A DNA stretch of 9,772 nt from Amoebidium appalachense. Lineage: Eukaryota; Protista; Ichthyosporea. The stretch is taken from the NCBI GenBank assembly GCA_963693365.1, contig CAVNZM010000092.1:1-9772 (forward strand), read 5' to 3'. The notes below the pieces were generated by a model, which was not told where the DNA came from, made no database searches, and saw only the letters and a program-made list of their open reading frames with translations. The first letter of the stretch is position 1, and every line of letters starts with the position of its first letter. Below, piece after piece: positions 6,137 through 9,772 of the stretch. Both the position numbers and the translations under genes were made by a program.

Positions 6137-7492
6137 ATGTCGTCCGACATTCTCTCGCTGATCGCACGCGAGCCCAAGAAAAGAAACCCTGCCCGCCCAC
6201 GCTCGCCCAAGGCATCCATGCCCCGCAGCCGCCTGGGCATGCGCGAGGACACCCCCAGCCCGCCCGAATCCCCGCCCCCGCAGTTCCGCATCATGGGCCG
6301 GGAGCGCGAGCTGTTCACGGCCCACGACGACATCCGCCCCGAGGATTCGGTCAGCAACGTTGGGCCGTTTCGACCCGCATCCCCCGAGTCGGTGCTGCTC
6401 GAGGCCATGCGCAACGACGACCCGGAGCCCGACTACGTCCCGCTCCCACCCCCCGGCCCCCAAAACTTCTCGCAGCCACCCCCCCAGGAGCCCCCCCAAC
6501 AGCAGCGGCCGCCTACCCCACCGCATCCCCCGGGCGACGGCTACGCCATTGGCGACTACTCGCTCGGCGGGCTTGGGCTCGACAACGGCCAGCCGGTGCA
6601 GCTGCCCCTCCAGCCACCAGGCGCCATGGCAGGACCCCCTCCCGGCATGCAGTACCCACCACCGCCGCAGCAGGGGTTCACGCAGCCCCCGCCCCCTATG
6701 CCCGACATACACGCGCAGGCGGCGATGGAGGCGGCCGCGCGTGAGCGGCAGCGGGAGAAGGAGAAGCTCCTGAGCGACCTCATGGTCAAGAAGGCCCGCG
6801 GGTTCGATGTGCCTCCCCACATTGGCATCCACAGCAGCCACGAGGAGCTACAGGCCATCTCCGAGACCATCCGAAAGGTCGAGAACAGCAAGCGCACGGT
6901 TGCCATGCTGCGATACCTGATGATCCTGGCGTGCACTGGTGTGGAAAAGGCCACGATGCGTTTCGTTTCGGAGGTGTACCTGGATGGATGGGCCGAATCC
7001 ATTGCCGCCAACCAGGCTGAGTACGACGACGTGCTTGCCCGCATCTCCGACACCATGGACCTCGGGTCCCACATTCCCCCACACGTCGAGCTCGTTGCCA
7101 TGCTCGGGGTAAGTGCCGTCATGTTCCACATGGCCCAGAAGTCCCGCGTGCAGCTCGAGCAGGCCGCCAACATGCACTCACGCAGGCCGGTGCCCCCGCC
7201 GCAACCCGCCCAGCCTCCCCACCGCCAGCCCATGCCCCCTCCCCAGCACGCCCAGCAGCACGCGCCCCGCCCGGTGTCCCCCACGTCCGTCAACCTCACT
7301 GAGGAACAGCTGCGCATTCACAACCTCATCACCGGCACCGTAGCCGCACCCCACGAATACATCATGCCCAAGAAGCGCTACGAGCCCATCTCCCGCGAGG
7401 GTAGCGTGGTCTCCGACGGCGGTAGCATCAAGACGCGCAAGCGCGCCAAGATCCAGGTGGACAGCGAGGAGATTGTCAGACTGTTCGATTAA
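6137..7492 (+). CDS. Conserved NCLDV protein, DUF5767-like, with long Pro/Gln-rich extensions (451 aa)
   Basis: Core EKEKLLSDL..KKARG...SSHEELQ...LRYLMILACTGVEK....LDGWAESIAANQAEYDDVL...PPHVELVAMLGVSAVMFHM matches the recalled LDGWSESV..N..DYD..PE..L...SA.M.H pattern. Start reassigned to MSSDIL at 6137. Confidence 0.8.
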   Translation: MSSDILSLIAREPKKRNPARPRSPKASMPRSRLGMREDTPSPPESPPPQFRIMGRERELFTAHDDIRPEDSVSNVGPFRPASPESVLLEAMRNDDPEPDYVPLPPPGPQNFSQPPPQEPPQQQRPPTPPHPPGDGYAIGDYSLGGLGLDNGQPVQLPLQPPGAMAGPPPGMQYPPPPQQGFTQPPPPMPDIHAQAAMEAAARERQREKEKLLSDLMVKKARGFDVPPHIGIHSSHEELQAISETIRKVENSKRTVAMLRYLMILACTGVEKATMRFVSEVYLDGWAESIAANQAEYDDVLARISDTMDLGSHIPPHVELVAMLGVSAVMFHMAQKSRVQLEQAANMHSRRPVPPPQPAQPPHRQPMPPPQHAQQHAPRPVSPTSVNLTEEQLRIHNLITGTVAAPHEYIMPKKRYEPISREGSVVSDGGSIKTRKRAKIQVDSEEIVRLFD

Positions 7493-7508
7493 GTCCGTGC
7501 AGGACACG

Positions 7509-7530
7509 AATAAAGTTTGGTTGTTTTATT
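7509..7530. terminator. Back-to-back AATAAA signals between convergent genes
   Basis: AATAAA on + at 7509-7514 and on - at 7530-7525, in a 41-bp AT-rich spacer. Confidence 0.5.
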
Positions 7531-7533
7531 TAG

Positions 7534-9771
7534 TCATTGAAGCCGTCGGCGCTTGCCGTGATCCCGTTCCTCCCTTGCGGAAAGCAGGGCCGCCGCAAAC
7601 CCTGCAGATTGGTCGCTGCGCAGCCTTTCCAAGTACCCGTGCACAACGGGGCCGTCGCTGTAAAAAGTGTTGGAGGTCACCAGCCCGGCCGGCTTCAGCA
7701 TGTAGAGGTACGCCAGCACTTCCTTGCACAGGAGCACGACCTCGGTAAGCTGGGTGGGGACGACCGTTTTGTAAGCCTCACGCAGTATCTGAACGTCTCG
7801 GGATGCTGCTGCTGCATCGCCGATCTGTTTTTGGTACATGGCATGGAGCTTTGAAAGGGCCTCGTTGCAGTCGCCCGTGGGTGTGTGCGCGCGCGCCATT
7901 GTTTCAACAGCTCTGCGCAGGCGCGCATTCTCGTCGCTCAGCATGTCGGTGGCTTTCTGAAAGTCAGCAGACATGCTGGATAGGCGGTCAGCCAGGACGG
8001 CATCGCTGCTCATCTGTTTAAACGTGGTTTCGGCAAGCTTTGACTCCAGCTCCCGCAAACGCACTCTGCACCCATCGGCTTCTTCCAGCATGTTCTCCAA
8101 ACGGACGAGCTTGACGTTCAGTTCAAAGTTTTCAATCTGCCCCGTTGCCTTGTCTGCCAGGGCCGATGCAAGCCCCTCTTCCGTCCTTTCCATGCGCTTA
8201 GCACGCTCATTTGCTTCCTTTGTCATCTCCTCCAGCTTCCGAGTGGTTGTTTCGGTCTGCTCCTTCAGTTTCTCTAGCCGCCCCTCAAGGTCCATTTTCT
8301 CGGCAAGCAGGTGTTTGAGGTATTTCTCCCACCCCATGGCCCGTACATCAGATTCGAAGCTTTTCGTAGCGTTCAGCGCCAACGCCATTCTCAGCTGCTC
8401 GGTGTCAACAGATCTGGGGGGGTCACTGATAGTCTTCCGGTTAGCCGCCAATTTCTCAAGGTCGGACCACTTCTCCCCCATGGCCTTCAACTTCTCAGCT
8501 AGATCCCTAATCCCATTTAGGAGGGAAGCAGTCTGCCCTGTTTCGTTTGCCCCCCCAGCCTCATCTGACGGGTTCAGCGTGTGAGTGTGTATGGCTTCCC
8601 GGGCTTCCTTCAGCACTTCTTCGTTCTTCTGAAGCCGCCCCAAGGCTTCCTTCAAGTTCAGAATGGCTGACACATCACTGGAATCCAAAATACGGCCCTG
8701 ACTGGTTATGGCTTTCAATGTGTCGTCAAGCAAGGCTGACGATTTCATGAGGTTGATGGCAAGGGGGTGACCGCCTTGATCGCCACCGGTTTTGCCCCAG
8801 ATTTCACGCCCGATCAGGACAAGACGCTCCACCACGTCCCTGACACCCGATATATGCCGAAACAACCCGTTTTCCGCCTCATCATCGTTAACCCCAGCTG
8901 ATTTGAACATCCAGCTCACATGGGCCCTCGTCGTCCCGGCATGCACTCCCAAATCGTGGAGTTGCGACATCATCTCATCCAGAGTAGCATCCAAGTGCGG
9001 TGAGCCGTCTTCTCCCTGCATTGGCACGAACACGTTGCTTCGCAGAGAATCTGTATAGCCTGCGAACTTTTCTCGTGTTGCCTTTTCAAGCTGCATGGGC
9101 TCACGCTGGGCGTCGGTCAGAGCGATCTGATCGACAACCAACTGTGCGAGCCCCACCAGGACCTTCACAATGGAAAGGAGATCATTGAAAGAGACAGATG
9201 GGGCCACGCCTATATGCTCCATTTCCATGACTATGCTTTCCAGTTGACTGCTCAAATTCTCTTTGGCTAGTAAAACCGCTTTGATGTAGTCCACTAGTTC
9301 ACTGTTGTTCGCAATGTTTATGGTTTCGTGACCCCACTCGCTTTTCCGTAGCTCCAACATCACCTCCTCACACGGAGTGTTCTTCAGTATCAGTTCGTGA
9401 TTTTGTACTCTCTCAACAGCGCTGGCTAGTTGTGCCTTGTACCAAGAACCTGAGGTGGCGCCAATGTTGTCAAGGCACTTGAACACAGCATTTGCGAGTG
9501 TTGCCGTGTAATTAACAACTTCAAGGACATCTGCCTCAGTCTGCTCGTCTTCCAGATTGACCGAACGATAGCCTTGGGCTTGTAAAATGTTCATAATATC
9601 ACCCACCAACGTGTAGTCCTTGTGTTGATATGTCATCGACGGAGGCTGCAGATTTTCGCCAATCAAAAACGTCAAGGTTTGGAAGGTCTTGTACACACCA
9701 TCCCCGACGGAGTCAGAAGGGACTTTGGCCATCCATTCGCGGGGTATTAGTTGAAGTGCGTTGTCTATGCG
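7534..9771 (-). CDS. Large alpha-helical/coiled-coil protein (>745 aa), probably 5'-truncated, unknown function
   Basis: The frame stays open beyond ATG 9732 to the window edge (RIDNALQLIPREW-MAKVP). Heptad-rich stretch LLAEKMDLEGRLEKLKEQTE...LRELESKL; C-terminal KRRR. Confidence 0.8.
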   Translation of the reverse strand, partial: RIDNALQLIPREWMAKVPSDSVGDGVYKTFQTLTFLIGENLQPPSMTYQHKDYTLVGDIMNILQAQGYRSVNLEDEQTEADVLEVVNYTATLANAVFKCLDNIGATSGSWYKAQLASAVERVQNHELILKNTPCEEVMLELRKSEWGHETINIANNSELVDYIKAVLLAKENLSSQLESIVMEMEHIGVAPSVSFNDLLSIVKVLVGLAQLVVDQIALTDAQREPMQLEKATREKFAGYTDSLRSNVFVPMQGEDGSPHLDATLDEMMSQLHDLGVHAGTTRAHVSWMFKSAGVNDDEAENGLFRHISGVRDVVERLVLIGREIWGKTGGDQGGHPLAINLMKSSALLDDTLKAITSQGRILDSSDVSAILNLKEALGRLQKNEEVLKEAREAIHTHTLNPSDEAGGANETGQTASLLNGIRDLAEKLKAMGEKWSDLEKLAANRKTISDPPRSVDTEQLRMALALNATKSFESDVRAMGWEKYLKHLLAEKMDLEGRLEKLKEQTETTTRKLEEMTKEANERAKRMERTEEGLASALADKATGQIENFELNVKLVRLENMLEEADGCRVRLRELESKLAETTFKQMSSDAVLADRLSSMSADFQKATDMLSDENARLRRAVETMARAHTPTGDCNEALSKLHAMYQKQIGDAAAASRDVQILREAYKTVVPTQLTEVVLLCKEVLAYLYMLKPAGLVTSNTFYSDGPVVHGYLERLRSDQSAGFAAALLSAREERDHGKRRRLQ

Positions 9772-9772
9772 C

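Noticed and set aside
4930-7317. Long alternative ORFs (4930-5997 -, 5938-6744 +, 6092-6841 -, 6556-7317 -)
   Set aside because: Shadow or antisense frames of high-GC3 genes, with Arg/Ala/Gly-rich translations and no motifs.

Overview
GC-rich, gene-dense segment of a large eukaryotic dsDNA virus (Nucleocytoviricota, probably Megaviricetes-like) or an endogenised copy of one. Family calls come from recalled motifs, not database searches. Genes: 3' part of a papain-like cysteine protease, a small membrane protein, a probable NCLDV ssDNA-binding protein (DUF2738-like), a DUF5832-like protein, an L1R/F9L-like membrane protein, a KilA-N gene split by two -1 frameshifts, a divergent DUF5759-like/DUF5767-like pair, several hypotheticals, and a 5'-truncated, lower-GC coiled-coil gene. 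The most unusual feature is a family of four co-oriented palindromes with an exact 28-bp AGGA-N20-TCCT core and a conserved CCAAT-type left flank. Three copies surround the KilA-N gene and one lies inside it, encoding part of the KilA-N domain. Two apparent promoter classes are visible: GAAGGTATAAA (TATA-type) and T-tract/GC spacer/TAATG.
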